Shown piece after piece: positions 27,114-36,719 of a stretch of DNA of 64,000 nt (positions are counted from its first letter, which is position 1; every line of letters begins with the position of its first letter). The stretch covers positions 221-64,220 of the forward strand of contig CAYNOU010000001.1 in the NCBI GenBank assembly GCA_964398885.1. The letters run 5' to 3'. This DNA is from an uncultured Candidatus Cloacimonadota bacterium (GTDB lineage: Bacteria > Cloacimonadota > Cloacimonadia > JGIOTU-2). Made by a program: the position numbers and the translations under genes. The notes beneath the pieces were generated by a model. It was given only the letters and a program-made list of their open reading frames with translations. It searched no databases and was not told the DNA's origin.

Positions 27114-27367
27114 AACCCGACTCGAGCTTGCAGAGCCCTAGTCGAGTTTCAGATAAGTAGATTTATTTTCTTATCAAAATTCGATTTCATCTTTCTTGAC
27201 ATCCTGAGCGAAAAAAACAATTATTCCTTTAGATTCAGCTCATTCCACAAAAATGACCCGAATTGAATTGGAAAACTTGACAACTCAACTAATAGGACAA
27301 AATCAGTAAGAAAATAAATCTTTGTGTACTCTGTCGCAAGCTGGCAGAGTGAACCATCGGAGGTTAA

Positions 27368-27937
27368 ATGAAAAAAGGCTGGATTGTAGTAATTGCTATT
27401 ATAGTCATACTTCTGCTTATAGGTGTCTCAAAATACAACACCTTTGTAAAAATGAAGGTAGAGATAGATAATGCCTGGGCAGAAATTGATAATCAGTTAA
27501 AACGCAGATATGACCTAATTCCAAATTATGTGGAAACGGTCAAAGGTTATGCAAAACACGAAAAGGAAGTTTTTACCGAAGTTACAAAAGCAAGAGCAAG
27601 TGTTGGTAAGGCAACCACCAGAGAAGAAACAATTAACGCAAATAATGAACTAACTGGTGCCCTTTCTCGTTTACTGTTAGTTGTGGAACGCTATCCTGAA
27701 TTAAAAGCTAATACAAATTTCATTAGATTACAGGATGAATTGGCCGGAACAGAAAACCGTCTTGCTGTTTCAAGAAGAAGATATAATGAATCAGTAAAAA
27801 TTTACAATCAGAAGATTGTGGTTTTCCCAAACAATATGATTGCTGGAATGTTTAACTTCTCAAAAGAACCTTTCTACGAGATTCAAGAAGCTGAAAAAGA
27901 AACTCCCGATGTAGGTAAAATTTTAAAAAAAAGTTAG
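27368..27937 (+). CDS. lemA: LemA family protein
   Basis: An N-terminal TM helix is followed by 'YNTFVKMKVEIDNAWAEIDNQLKRRYDLIPNYVETVKGYAKHEKEVFTEVTKARA', the canonical LemA pattern. Confidence 0.9.
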   Translation: MKKGWIVVIAIIVILLLIGVSKYNTFVKMKVEIDNAWAEIDNQLKRRYDLIPNYVETVKGYAKHEKEVFTEVTKARASVGKATTREETINANNELTGALSRLLLVVERYPELKANTNFIRLQDELAGTENRLAVSRRRYNESVKIYNQKIVVFPNNMIAGMFNFSKEPFYEIQEAEKETPDVGKILKKS

Positions 27938-28260
27938 ATTTGATATAAAAACCTCTTAATTTCGAAAATGTTACAATGACTTTTGCTTTGCTTAAACTCT
28001 CATTCCCAAGCCCTCCCCAATTGAATTGGGGATTGGGAATGCTTACAACGCCATTTTCATTCTCCTTTCAGGCTCGGCGCCTCTGTCTCGGCTCCCGATA
28101 TATCGGGAGACGGGCAGACGGGTGCGTCTCGATTTGTTTTCGGGACATGTATGTTTCATCTTTAATCTTTTTCCTTTAATCTTTCCGCCATAGGCGGATC
28201 AGCCTCAGGCTGATAGTCTTTATTTTTGCGTTTTACAGCGCTATGCATTCCTAAAATATA

Positions 28261-29331
28261 ATGTTATCTCAGAAGTTTATTGAAGAGCATTGGGCAAGGA
28301 TAACTTTAACCTCCTTTCTTCTTTTGCCCTTTGCTCTCCTTTTTAGTTTTATATTGAAAGTTCGTAGGTTTTGTTTTGCGATAGGAATGTTTAAACAATA
28401 TAATTCAAAATGTAAGATTATTAGTGTTGGAAATTTAGTAGTTGGAGGAACTGGTAAAACACCATTTACCATTTTGTTAGCAAAATATTTGAAATCAAAA
28501 GGAAACTCGGTAGCAGTGTCTCACAGGGGATATAAGGGAAAATTTGAGAATATGGTAAAACTAATTTCTGATGAAAATTTTATTTATGATTGTGCAAAAG
28601 ATGCTGGTGATGAACCATTTTTATTGGCACAGAATTTGTTAGGAATTCCAGTAATTGTGGGAAAGAATCGCACGAAAGCAATTAAATATTTGGAGAAAAA
28701 GTTTTCACCAGATTATATTATTTTAGATGATTCATATCAGCATCTTAAAGTGAGGCATGATATTGATTTTTTACTATTCAGTGCAAAGAACCCTCTTGGA
28801 AATGGCTTTGTGATACCTGCCGGGATGCTTCGTGAACCTAAAAGTGCAATCAAATTTGCAGATGTTGTTGTTTTTAATGATTGTTCCGATAATTTTAAGA
28901 TTCCCAAAGAAATGAGTAAATTTCAAAAACCAATTTTTCAAACTGAATATGAAATTAAAAACTTTATAAATTATCAAACAGATGAAACTGAAGATATTAG
29001 TTATTTTAAAAATAAAAAGATATACTTAATTTCCGGAATTGGTAATCCAGAATCATTTGAAAATAGTATAAAGAGTTCAGGGATTGATTTTTCGCACCAT
29101 TTTATTTTTTCAGACCATTATTATTTTAGATATGAGAATGACATTCGTCCAATTATTCGCAAAGGACTCAAAGAAAAGATTGACACTATTTTGACAACTG
29201 AAAAGGATTTTATGAAAATGCAAAATTTCCCTTTATATGAAATTGATTTTTATTATGCTAAATTAAATATTAAAATAATTCCGATGTATCGGAAGAAAAA
29301 ACTTGAAGAATTGATAAATAAAATTTTATAA
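28261..29331 (+). CDS. lpxK: Tetraacyldisaccharide 4'-kinase
   Basis: 'ISVGNLVVGGTGKTP' is the P-loop and 'LDDSYQH' is present. The size and N-terminal membrane helix are typical of LpxK. Confidence 0.85.
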   Translation: MLSQKFIEEHWARITLTSFLLLPFALLFSFILKVRRFCFAIGMFKQYNSKCKIISVGNLVVGGTGKTPFTILLAKYLKSKGNSVAVSHRGYKGKFENMVKLISDENFIYDCAKDAGDEPFLLAQNLLGIPVIVGKNRTKAIKYLEKKFSPDYIILDDSYQHLKVRHDIDFLLFSAKNPLGNGFVIPAGMLREPKSAIKFADVVVFNDCSDNFKIPKEMSKFQKPIFQTEYEIKNFINYQTDETEDISYFKNKKIYLISGIGNPESFENSIKSSGIDFSHHFIFSDHYYFRYENDIRPIIRKGLKEKIDTILTTEKDFMKMQNFPLYEIDFYYAKLNIKIIPMYRKKKLEELINKIL

Positions 29332-29486
29332 TAATAACTACAAAAGAATATTTCAAAGTTAATTAAAGTAATAGCCACAGAGGCACTGAGAAAATAGATA
29401 ACTATAATAAAAGTGTTAAATTAAATAAAATCCTCTGTGTCTCCGTGGCTAAAGTATTATGTAGGAGTATTATGTAGGAGGAACAA

Positions 29487-30125
29487 ATGCCATTTATCTC
29501 TCATAGTAATAAAATTGTAGTGGAATTTAAAAACTATGTGAATACGGTTGAGAAGTCCTTAGATGTGCTGTCAGAGGTTTTTCTTATGTACATTCAAAAT
29601 CCTAAAGAGATTGAGGAGTTTACAAATCCTGTTCATAAATATGAAGCGGAAGCTGATGACATTAAAGATAAGATTGAGCAGGAGCTATTTCGCGGTTCGC
29701 TCTTGCCCGACGCAAGGGAGGACATTTTTAATATTATATCCTCTTATGATAGTATTCCTGATGTGGCACAAAAGATTTTGGAATTCTTTGCAGTGCAGTC
29801 AATTAGAATACCTGAACAGTTTATAGAACTGATTGAGGAATTGTTTATGAAAAGTGTTGAAACTGCCAAGAGACTCAATAAAGCTGCGTTATTTCTTCTT
29901 ACTGATTTAGAGGGGACCAAAAAAATGCTGGAAGGTATAGATGATTTAGAAAGTAGAGTTGACCATCTTGAAAGGGATTTAGTTCTTAGCATTTTTAGAG
30001 TTGATATAGATTTGTCTAAGAAGCTTTTTCTCCGTGACTTTATCAAAAAAATAGCTCAGATATCTGATGAAGCAGAGCACATAGCTAATAGAATGCTAAT
30101 TTTTTGCATAAAAAATAAGGCTTAG
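29487..30125 (+). CDS. DUF47/TIGR00153 (PhoU-like) protein paired with the PiT transporter
   Basis: The 212-aa helical protein has 'HKYEAEADDIKDKI' and 'LERDLV' patterns. It sits immediately upstream of a PiT gene, the conserved pairing. Confidence 0.7.
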   Translation: MPFISHSNKIVVEFKNYVNTVEKSLDVLSEVFLMYIQNPKEIEEFTNPVHKYEAEADDIKDKIEQELFRGSLLPDAREDIFNIISSYDSIPDVAQKILEFFAVQSIRIPEQFIELIEELFMKSVETAKRLNKAALFLLTDLEGTKKMLEGIDDLESRVDHLERDLVLSIFRVDIDLSKKLFLRDFIKKIAQISDEAEHIANRMLIFCIKNKA

Positions 30126-30129
30126 AACT

Positions 30130-31074
30130 TTGAGTTTTTATTTACTTGGTGCCATTTTTCTTGGCTGGTCTCTTGGCACAAATGATGCTGCAAATGTTTT
30201 TGGCACAGCAGTTGCTACCAGAAGTGTAAAATACAGAATGGCAGTTATTCTTACTGCTATTTTTGTAATTTTGGGTGCAATAATAAATGGTAGACCAGGC
30301 ATTAATACTTTGGATAGTATTACACACCAAAATTTGTTTTCAGCATTTGTAGTATCTATCTCTGCTGGGATTGTTGTAATAGTTATGAGTTTTTTAAAAT
30401 TACCTGTTTCAACTTCACAGGCAGTAATTGGTGGAATTTTAGGAGTTGGATTTGTTAATCACAATATTGAATGGTATCGCTTAATCAAAGTTGGAATTTG
30501 CTGGGTGAGCACTCCAATTGGAGCAGCAATTATCTCATTTCTCCTCTATTTTATATTTAGGCCTTTAATAAACAAAATTACAAATCCGATAAAAAGAAAT
30601 AACATTTTAAAAATTGGTCTGATTATTGCGGGGTCTTACGGAGCTTATGCCCTGGGTGCTAATAATGTTGCAAATGTAATTGGGGTTTTTGTTGGTGAAG
30701 GGAACGGGATGTTGAACCCTTTGACAGCTACTATAATTGGTGGTAGTGCAATCGCATTTGGAACTCTTACTTATAGTAAAAAGGTGATGTATACAGTTGG
30801 GAAGAATCTGGTAGTCCTTGACTCTTTTACAGCTTTTATTGCTGTTCTTGCAGAAGCAATTACAGTTTATATTTATGCACTTATTGGCGTGCCGGTTTCA
30901 ACATCTCAAGCAATCGTTGGTGCAGTTTTAGGGATTGGTATTCTGAAAGGAATTCGTACAATTAAGAAAAAAACTTTAAGAAATATACTGTTGGGCTGGG
31001 TGGCAACACCTGTAGTTGCAGCAATTGTCTCTTTTGGAATATTTAAGATTATTAAATTTGTAAAACCGTATTAA
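30130..31074 (+). CDS. Inorganic phosphate transporter, PiT family
   Basis: 'GTNDAANVFGTAV' and a second 'GANNVANVIG' are duplicated PHO4 signatures. The protein is polytopic. The start is TTG. Confidence 0.85.
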   Translation: MSFYLLGAIFLGWSLGTNDAANVFGTAVATRSVKYRMAVILTAIFVILGAIINGRPGINTLDSITHQNLFSAFVVSISAGIVVIVMSFLKLPVSTSQAVIGGILGVGFVNHNIEWYRLIKVGICWVSTPIGAAIISFLLYFIFRPLINKITNPIKRNNILKIGLIIAGSYGAYALGANNVANVIGVFVGEGNGMLNPLTATIIGGSAIAFGTLTYSKKVMYTVGKNLVVLDSFTAFIAVLAEAITVYIYALIGVPVSTSQAIVGAVLGIGILKGIRTIKKKTLRNILLGWVATPVVAAIVSFGIFKIIKFVKPY

Positions 31075-31098
31075 ATATTGAAATAAGTTAAGGAGTTT

Positions 31099-31863
31099 AT
31101 GCAATTCATAGATACACACGCTCATCTGAATTTTTCTGATTATGATAAGGATAGAGACGAGATTATCGCTTCTGCTTTTAAAAATGGTGTGAAATATATC
31201 ATCAATGTTGGGACTGATTTGAACACATCCAAAGAATCTATTAGTTTAAGTAAAAAATATGATAAAATTTTTGCAACTGTTGGATGGCATCCGCATGATG
31301 CTGAATCTTATGATGAAAATGAATTACTGAAACTGCTTGATAATAAAAAGATTGTTGCTATTGGCGAGATAGGTCTTGATTATTATAGAAATTTATCGCC
31401 CAAAAATATTCAAAAAGAAGTATTTGAAAAACAGATAAAAGTTGCAATTGATAAAAACCTCCCGATAATAATTCACGATAGAAATGCTCATAATGATGTG
31501 TTGGAAATATTGAAAAAGTATAATCCAAAAAAGGTTGTGTTTCACTGCTTTTCAAGTGATTATTCACTTTTATGTAAGATTATAGAAAAGGGATGGCATG
31601 CTTCTTTTACTGGAAGTGTAACATTTAAAAAAGGTGAATATTATTCAATAATTAAGGATATTCCAGATGATAGATTTTTTGTAGAAACCGATACACCATT
31701 TTTAACTCCAAAACCTTTTCGCGGTAAAAGGAATCATCCTGAATATGTAAGATATATTATCGAAACTATCGCAGAAATAAAGCAGCAAACCCCAAATGAA
31801 ATAGCCGAAATAACTACCCAAAATGCAGAAAAATTCTTCTTATTAACTAAAAAACTTGATTAG
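31099..31863 (+). CDS. tatD: TatD-family metal-dependent hydrolase
   Basis: 'FIDTHAHL', 'GEIGLDY', 'IIHDR' and 'FVETDTPFL' are TatD hallmarks. Confidence 0.85.
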   Translation: MQFIDTHAHLNFSDYDKDRDEIIASAFKNGVKYIINVGTDLNTSKESISLSKKYDKIFATVGWHPHDAESYDENELLKLLDNKKIVAIGEIGLDYYRNLSPKNIQKEVFEKQIKVAIDKNLPIIIHDRNAHNDVLEILKKYNPKKVVFHCFSSDYSLLCKIIEKGWHASFTGSVTFKKGEYYSIIKDIPDDRFFVETDTPFLTPKPFRGKRNHPEYVRYIIETIAEIKQQTPNEIAEITTQNAEKFFLLTKKLD

Positions 31864-32003
31864 AGAAATTTACCTCAAAATAGTTTGCCTAATTTTACAG
31901 TAGATAAATTGATGATATCAATTTGAAAACGGTTAACGGATGACGCCTGACGAAACGAGCATCGCAACCGGAACCGTTTAACGAAATATTAAATGGAGGT
32001 AAG

Positions 32004-32174
32004 ATGGCAGTAAAGATTGATAAGGAAAAATGTATTGGCTGCGGCGTATGCGTGGATGTCTGCCCAACAGAGGCACTCTCTCTTGTGGATGATATTGCTG
32101 TTTGTGATGAAGATTTATGTGTTGATTGCGGAGTTTGCATCCCAGAGTGCCCCTCAGAAGCAATATCTGAATAA
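32004..32174 (+). CDS. 2x[4Fe-4S] ferredoxin (56 aa; below the ORF-track length cut-off)
   Basis: The sequence is ggagg-taag-ATG, 'MAVKIDKEKCIGCGVCVDVCPTEALSLVDDIAVCDEDLCVDCGVCIPECPSEAISE*'. It has two CxxCxxCxxxCP motifs. Confidence 0.85.
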   Translation: MAVKIDKEKCIGCGVCVDVCPTEALSLVDDIAVCDEDLCVDCGVCIPECPSEAISE

Positions 32175-32241
32175 GACCCAAATTATTCAAAAGCCATCTC
32201 CCCACAATTTAGTGGATGGATGGCTTTTTTGGGTATGATTT

Positions 32242-33678
32242 ATGAAAAAAATATTAATTATTATTTTCTCAATTTTATCTGTTAGTTGCTCATCTCAATT
32301 AAAAGAGGTTAATAATATTGATAAACCAGATATAGCAGATTCATTAAAAACTCAACAACTAATAGAGCAATATAAAATTATTTTTAACAATCAGCAAAAA
32401 GAAATAGATTCATTATATCAAATTGTTGCGGAGTTACAGGATTCAATAAATTTTTTGAATAACACGATTAGAATAAAAAACAATGCCAAATTTCCTGATT
32501 CCTTATTATTTGCCGGTTATAGGTTTGACCTCACAAATGAAAGATTAAGGCAAAAATTTATAAAATGTTACAAAGCTGAATTAAAATTTGCATATAAATA
32601 TATTCCAAGAAGCACAAAGTATTTTCCTATTATTGAAGAAATCCTGGGTGATTACAATCTCTCTAATGATTTAAAATATTTAGTAGCAGCAGAAAGTTAT
32701 CTTAGTCCTTTTGCAAAATCTTCTGCTGGGGCAACTGGTTTCTGGCAATTTATGAAATCTACAGCAAAATACTATGACTTACAGATTAATCAGTTTGTTG
32801 ACCAACGAATGGATATTTTTGCGTCAACAAAGGCGGCGTGTGAATATATTTTGTGGGCTCACAAGTCATTAAAAAGTATGGGTGCCAATGACATGCTTCT
32901 GGCTATTTGCTCATTCAACTCAGGTTTGGGAAATATTAAAAAAGCTATTAATGAACAAGGAGGAAAGGATTTCTTTAGTCTTATTCAAAGAAAAAGTGAA
33001 ACCGATGATTATATATGGCGAGCTTTAGCAATTAAGTATATCATTGAAAACGAGGATAAAATATTTACGAAAAAATTTGAAAGAGAACAAAATCTACTAT
33101 CCACTTGTAAAACTGTTGATCTTACTTTAAAGGGGTATTATAAATTAGATGATTGGGCACAAGCACAAGGAACTTATATTAAACAAGTTTGGGAATTGAA
33201 CCCATGGATAAAGATTTATAAAAGAAATCAATATAGATACTCTCCTATTAATGATGTGATTATTAGCCCCGGCACTTATACAATTCTAATTCCAAAAGAT
33301 TCATCCCCTGATGAAACCAAATTAGCAAGGATAGAAAAACAATTCTTAAATAAAAATGATGGGTATTTTGCGATTGAACATATTGTAAGAAAAGGTGAGA
33401 ATTTGTCTATTATTGCAAAACGTTATAATACAACTGTAACCAATCTTATGAATATAAATGGATTACGCTCAACAACGATTTATCCAGGACAGAAATTAAG
33501 CCTGATAACAAACTATGGAAACTATTATGTAGTAAAAAAAGGCGATTCGCTTTATAAAATTTCTCAAAAATTAGGTATATCAAGTCAAAGACTTATTGAT
33601 AAAAATAATTTATTAGTAAAAAATAGAGCAGGAAAGAAGATAGTTTATATCTATCCCGGGCAGAAGCTTTATTTTTAA
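32242..33678 (+). CDS. Lipoprotein lytic transglycosylase with two C-terminal LysM domains (MltD-like)
   Basis: The lipobox is 'LSVSC'. The SLT motif is 'AESYLSPFAKSSAGATGFWQFM'. LysM repeats are 'HIVRKGENLSIIAKRYNTTVTNLMNINGL' and 'YVVKKGDSLYKISQKLGISSQRLIDKNNL'. Confidence 0.8.
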   Translation: MKKILIIIFSILSVSCSSQLKEVNNIDKPDIADSLKTQQLIEQYKIIFNNQQKEIDSLYQIVAELQDSINFLNNTIRIKNNAKFPDSLLFAGYRFDLTNERLRQKFIKCYKAELKFAYKYIPRSTKYFPIIEEILGDYNLSNDLKYLVAAESYLSPFAKSSAGATGFWQFMKSTAKYYDLQINQFVDQRMDIFASTKAACEYILWAHKSLKSMGANDMLLAICSFNSGLGNIKKAINEQGGKDFFSLIQRKSETDDYIWRALAIKYIIENEDKIFTKKFEREQNLLSTCKTVDLTLKGYYKLDDWAQAQGTYIKQVWELNPWIKIYKRNQYRYSPINDVIISPGTYTILIPKDSSPDETKLARIEKQFLNKNDGYFAIEHIVRKGENLSIIAKRYNTTVTNLMNINGLRSTTIYPGQKLSLITNYGNYYVVKKGDSLYKISQKLGISSQRLIDKNNLLVKNRAGKKIVYIYPGQKLYF

Positions 33679-33871
33679 AACGATACAAATAAATCAACTC
33701 AGGTGTCATGGTCCATACCATGACACAAATCACTGTCAGGGAATGGTCCCTGACAGCCCATGTTAAAATAAGATCCAACACGATTTATAATCATGTTTTT
33801 TAGACACCATTATAAATGGTGTCGAATCAGATTATGCTAAATTAAATAAAGAAATATTTTATCAAATAAAT

Positions 33872-36076
33872 TTATCTTAGAAGCAGCATCTTTTTAACGG
33901 CTGATTTATCTCCTGAAGATAATCTACAAAAATATATTCCATTAGGAACTTGGTTTCTATTCTCATCTTTCCCATCCCAATTTATGGAGTAGTCCCGATA
34001 CATCGGGGCTTTCGTGGAGAGAGACTCTCCACACTCCAAGCATTTCACCAATTGTCCTTTTACATTATAAATTTTTATCTCTGCGTTCTTTGCGTCTCTG
34101 CGGTGAATATTAAAAGATATAGTGGTTGAGCTGCTGAAAGGATTAGGATGGTTAGTAAGTTGGACACCATTTGCTATTTGAAGCTCCTCATCAACACTCG
34201 CAGTTGAATATTCATAAATACTTGCAGAAGTGCTTTCTAAATATAAGAGATAATTATTACTATTTCGTTTAAAAGGTATAATACTCGTTGCATGTGACCA
34301 GTTCTGAAAATTATAAATTTCGTTTAAGTAGTTGTATTCAATACTTGTTAAATCGTATATACTACATGTTTCCCCACCTAAAAATAAAAGATGATTCTCT
34401 CTATCAATACCTAATCTTCCGCCTTTGTTAATAGTGAATAAATATTCCGGCGTTTCTGGATTTGAAATATCAAATATACTGCAATCACCGAAATCAAGAC
34501 TTTCACTGATAAAAAGATAATGTTCATAAGTTCCTATATTCTGAGCAGGCATAATATCCTCCAATATGAGAGTATTTGCTAATTCTAAATCAGTAGTATC
34601 AATATTTCTGACTACATAGAGGTCATCACCTAAAATTATATAGGCAATATTATCATAAAAACAGATAAATCCACCATGAGCACCTGGTATTTCTAATGTA
34701 GCCACTTCCTCTAATTGATTATTAGAATCAAGTATATATTTATGCAATGTATCGTTATAAACTATGAAAAATCCAATATCTTCTTTATAATATGGCTCAA
34801 GTGCCTGAATATAAAGAGTATCCCAAGGTATAAGGCCACCTTCTTCTGTGATATTTAATATTATATCTACCCATATTTCATTTTCTATGTCAGTCATTCC
34901 AGAAATAGCTATTATATCTCCGTCACCATAAAATAAAGCAGAATGGAACTCTTCAAGATATTCTCCAATATATTGTGGGTCATTGAGGTTAGAAATATCA
35001 AAGGAATGGATTCCACGAAGATAAGAATTTACAAAAAACATATTATCTCGTATATATGCGTTATAAAAACTACCATAGGTACAATAATTTCCAATATGGT
35101 CTAAACTATTCTCTGCAATGGAAAATATCTCTATGCCGTATTCACCTGCTCCCCAATAAACTATATTATTATAAATTATTGGTTTTCCACCACCCCATAC
35201 AGGATATACATCATGATAATAATCTAAAAGAACAGGATTGTCCAAATTGCTTATGTCAAAAAGTCTTAAACCACTACCACTTACAATCATTTTATCACCA
35301 GAAATATCTATATTCCACTGAAACAGTTCTATTTCATTTATCATTTCCCAATCAAATGGTTCTGAAATATCCCAAAATTCTATCTCAGCACCATTGCCGA
35401 TAACAAGAATGGTATCTTGTATAAGCTTAGCGCATCTATAACCCCAAGTATCATTTACATCATATTGAGCAATGACTTGCAAACTATCAGGATTTGATAT
35501 ATCATATAGTCTTACAATCCCATGTAATTTATTAAAGGCAATATTTTCTTTAATGTATAGTAGAACTAAATTCTGGGGAGCATCAATTTGGGTGATTTCA
35601 TCAAATGTTTCATTATCATAGATATGAATTATACTTTTGCTATTTTGATAATCCCAATCGTGAACAAAGACATAATTATTATTTATAAAAGCATAAGAGA
35701 ATGAATTGAGATATAAGGAATCAGTTAAAACTGGATTGTATTTATCTTCAATATTAAAACGATAAAGAACATATTCTGGAATGAGAGTAGATGCATAAGC
35801 AAAATTATCCTTAACCACCACACTATAAGTAAGATGATATAGATTCACATCACTTAATAATGTTAAGCTATGGTCATCTTCAATATGGAATATCTGGAAG
35901 CACCTTATATTTACAGCGTAGAGATAATCATCCTGAATATTAAATCCATCATAATCTGGGGAATAACATCCCGAAAAGCCAAACTCTGAAATCTTGTTAA
36001 ATTCAAAAGCATTTATAAAAAGGGGATCAGCAAATATTATTAAGGTTAGGATTAATGATAAAATTATATATTTCAT
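33872..36076 (-). CDS. Surface protein with LVIVD-like beta-propeller repeats and T9SS-type C-terminal domain
   Basis: I prefer the start at 36076 ('MKYIILSLILTLIIFA' after aagagg) to the 36259 extension. Repeats are 'RLYDISNPDSLQV', 'LRLFDISNLDNPVL', 'IHSFDISNLNDPQY' and 'CSIFDISNPETPEY'. The C-terminus is 'NPFSSSTTISF...IKIYNVKGQLV...GIYFCRL'. Confidence 0.7.
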   Translation of the reverse strand: MKYIILSLILTLIIFADPLFINAFEFNKISEFGFSGCYSPDYDGFNIQDDYLYAVNIRCFQIFHIEDDHSLTLLSDVNLYHLTYSVVVKDNFAYASTLIPEYVLYRFNIEDKYNPVLTDSLYLNSFSYAFINNNYVFVHDWDYQNSKSIIHIYDNETFDEITQIDAPQNLVLLYIKENIAFNKLHGIVRLYDISNPDSLQVIAQYDVNDTWGYRCAKLIQDTILVIGNGAEIEFWDISEPFDWEMINEIELFQWNIDISGDKMIVSGSGLRLFDISNLDNPVLLDYYHDVYPVWGGGKPIIYNNIVYWGAGEYGIEIFSIAENSLDHIGNYCTYGSFYNAYIRDNMFFVNSYLRGIHSFDISNLNDPQYIGEYLEEFHSALFYGDGDIIAISGMTDIENEIWVDIILNITEEGGLIPWDTLYIQALEPYYKEDIGFFIVYNDTLHKYILDSNNQLEEVATLEIPGAHGGFICFYDNIAYIILGDDLYVVRNIDTTDLELANTLILEDIMPAQNIGTYEHYLFISESLDFGDCSIFDISNPETPEYLFTINKGGRLGIDRENHLLFLGGETCSIYDLTSIEYNYLNEIYNFQNWSHATSIIPFKRNSNNYLLYLESTSASIYEYSTASVDEELQIANGVQLTNHPNPFSSSTTISFNIHRRDAKNAEIKIYNVKGQLVKCLECGESLSTKAPMYRDYSINWDGKDENRNQVPNGIYFCRLSSGDKSAVKKMLLLR
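33972..34141. repeat. 170-bp block identical to 37182-37351 (inside T9SS C-terminal-domain coding sequence)
   Basis: By-eye alignment with a constant offset of 3210 nt shows no mismatch. Flanking coding sequence on both sides diverges. The block contains the hairpins cccgat-ac-atcgggg and gtggagag-aga-ctctccac. Confidence 0.85.
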
Positions 36077-36134
36077 AGTAACCTCTTTTTTATTGGGGGA
36101 AGGAGTAAATTCCCTTCCCCCCTTTGGTTTTCTG

Positions 36135-36512
36135 TTATTCCTCTTGAGGTTCTGGCTCTTCGGGATACGGATACGGAACACATAAAGATAGATGCAAATT
36201 AACATGAAGATCATTAAGATGCATAATTTTTGTTTCAGAGTCAGAATAATTGCCTGCAACTACTGTTGAAGTTATTTCTTTACCTACATTAAATGCTGTT
36301 ACCTCAAAATAGTAATTGTCAGGTCCATGGTATGGTCGGGAAGGAGGGTCAGGTGGTGGCCATTCTTCTATCACAACAGATACAGTACCATTTGTTGGAA
36401 TCCTAGGGTCGGCTGTAATATGAACTGTCCATATAACTGGATTTTCTGCAATCAAGCTGCCTGCCAAAAACAGTCCAAGCAAGATTGCAGTTATTGCGAT
36501 TTTCTTAAACAT
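36135..36512 (-). CDS. Small secreted protein with Pro/Glu-rich tail
   Basis: The signal peptide is 'MFKKIAITAILLGLFLAGSLIA'. The protein ends 'VPYPYPEEPEPQEE'. It lies 58 nt upstream of the LVIVD-like gene on the same strand. Confidence 0.5.
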   Translation of the reverse strand: MFKKIAITAILLGLFLAGSLIAENPVIWTVHITADPRIPTNGTVSVVIEEWPPPDPPSRPYHGPDNYYFEVTAFNVGKEITSTVVAGNYSDSETKIMHLNDLHVNLHLSLCVPYPYPEEPEPQEE

Positions 36513-36719
36513 TGCTTTCTCCTTATATTTTTATTTTTTAACCAGACATATTTGTCTCTCCAATTCTAAAGCAAGGATATGGAGAGACAGAAGAGAACGA
36601 ATTTGTTTTTCCCAAGATAAAATAAGTATTTATCTCTCCGAGATAGGTTCTCGGATTGTGTTATGTAATTTTCTTTGTATTTTAATAATCCGTCTGTCGC
36701 CGTGATAAATTGGATTTCT

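Noticed and set aside
27976-28179. 67-aa ORF in the spacer upstream of lpxK
   Set aside because: It is composed entirely of palindromic modules (ccccaattgaattgggg, ctcccgatatatcgggag, gacgggcagac) and has no SD. The same sequence words occur non-coding elsewhere.
31895-32238. Three track ORFs (two on -, one on +) over the ferredoxin locus
   Set aside because: They are shadows of the 56-aa ferredoxin ORF at 32004..32174, which has a strong SD and canonical Cys motifs.
33750-33800. dif-like XerC/D site at the convergence point (catgttaaaat resembles the XerD arm TTATGTTAAAT)
   Set aside because: Only one arm matches weakly, and the expected XerC arm and 6-bp spacer are absent. The neighbouring word acacgRtttRtaatcatgtttt recurs at 40638, so it is not unique.
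36076-36259. N-terminal 61-codon extension of the LVIVD-like gene (track start 36259)
   Set aside because: The extension overlaps the 3' end of the upstream gene 36135..36512 and lacks a signal peptide. The internal ATG at 36076 has an SD and a clean signal peptide.
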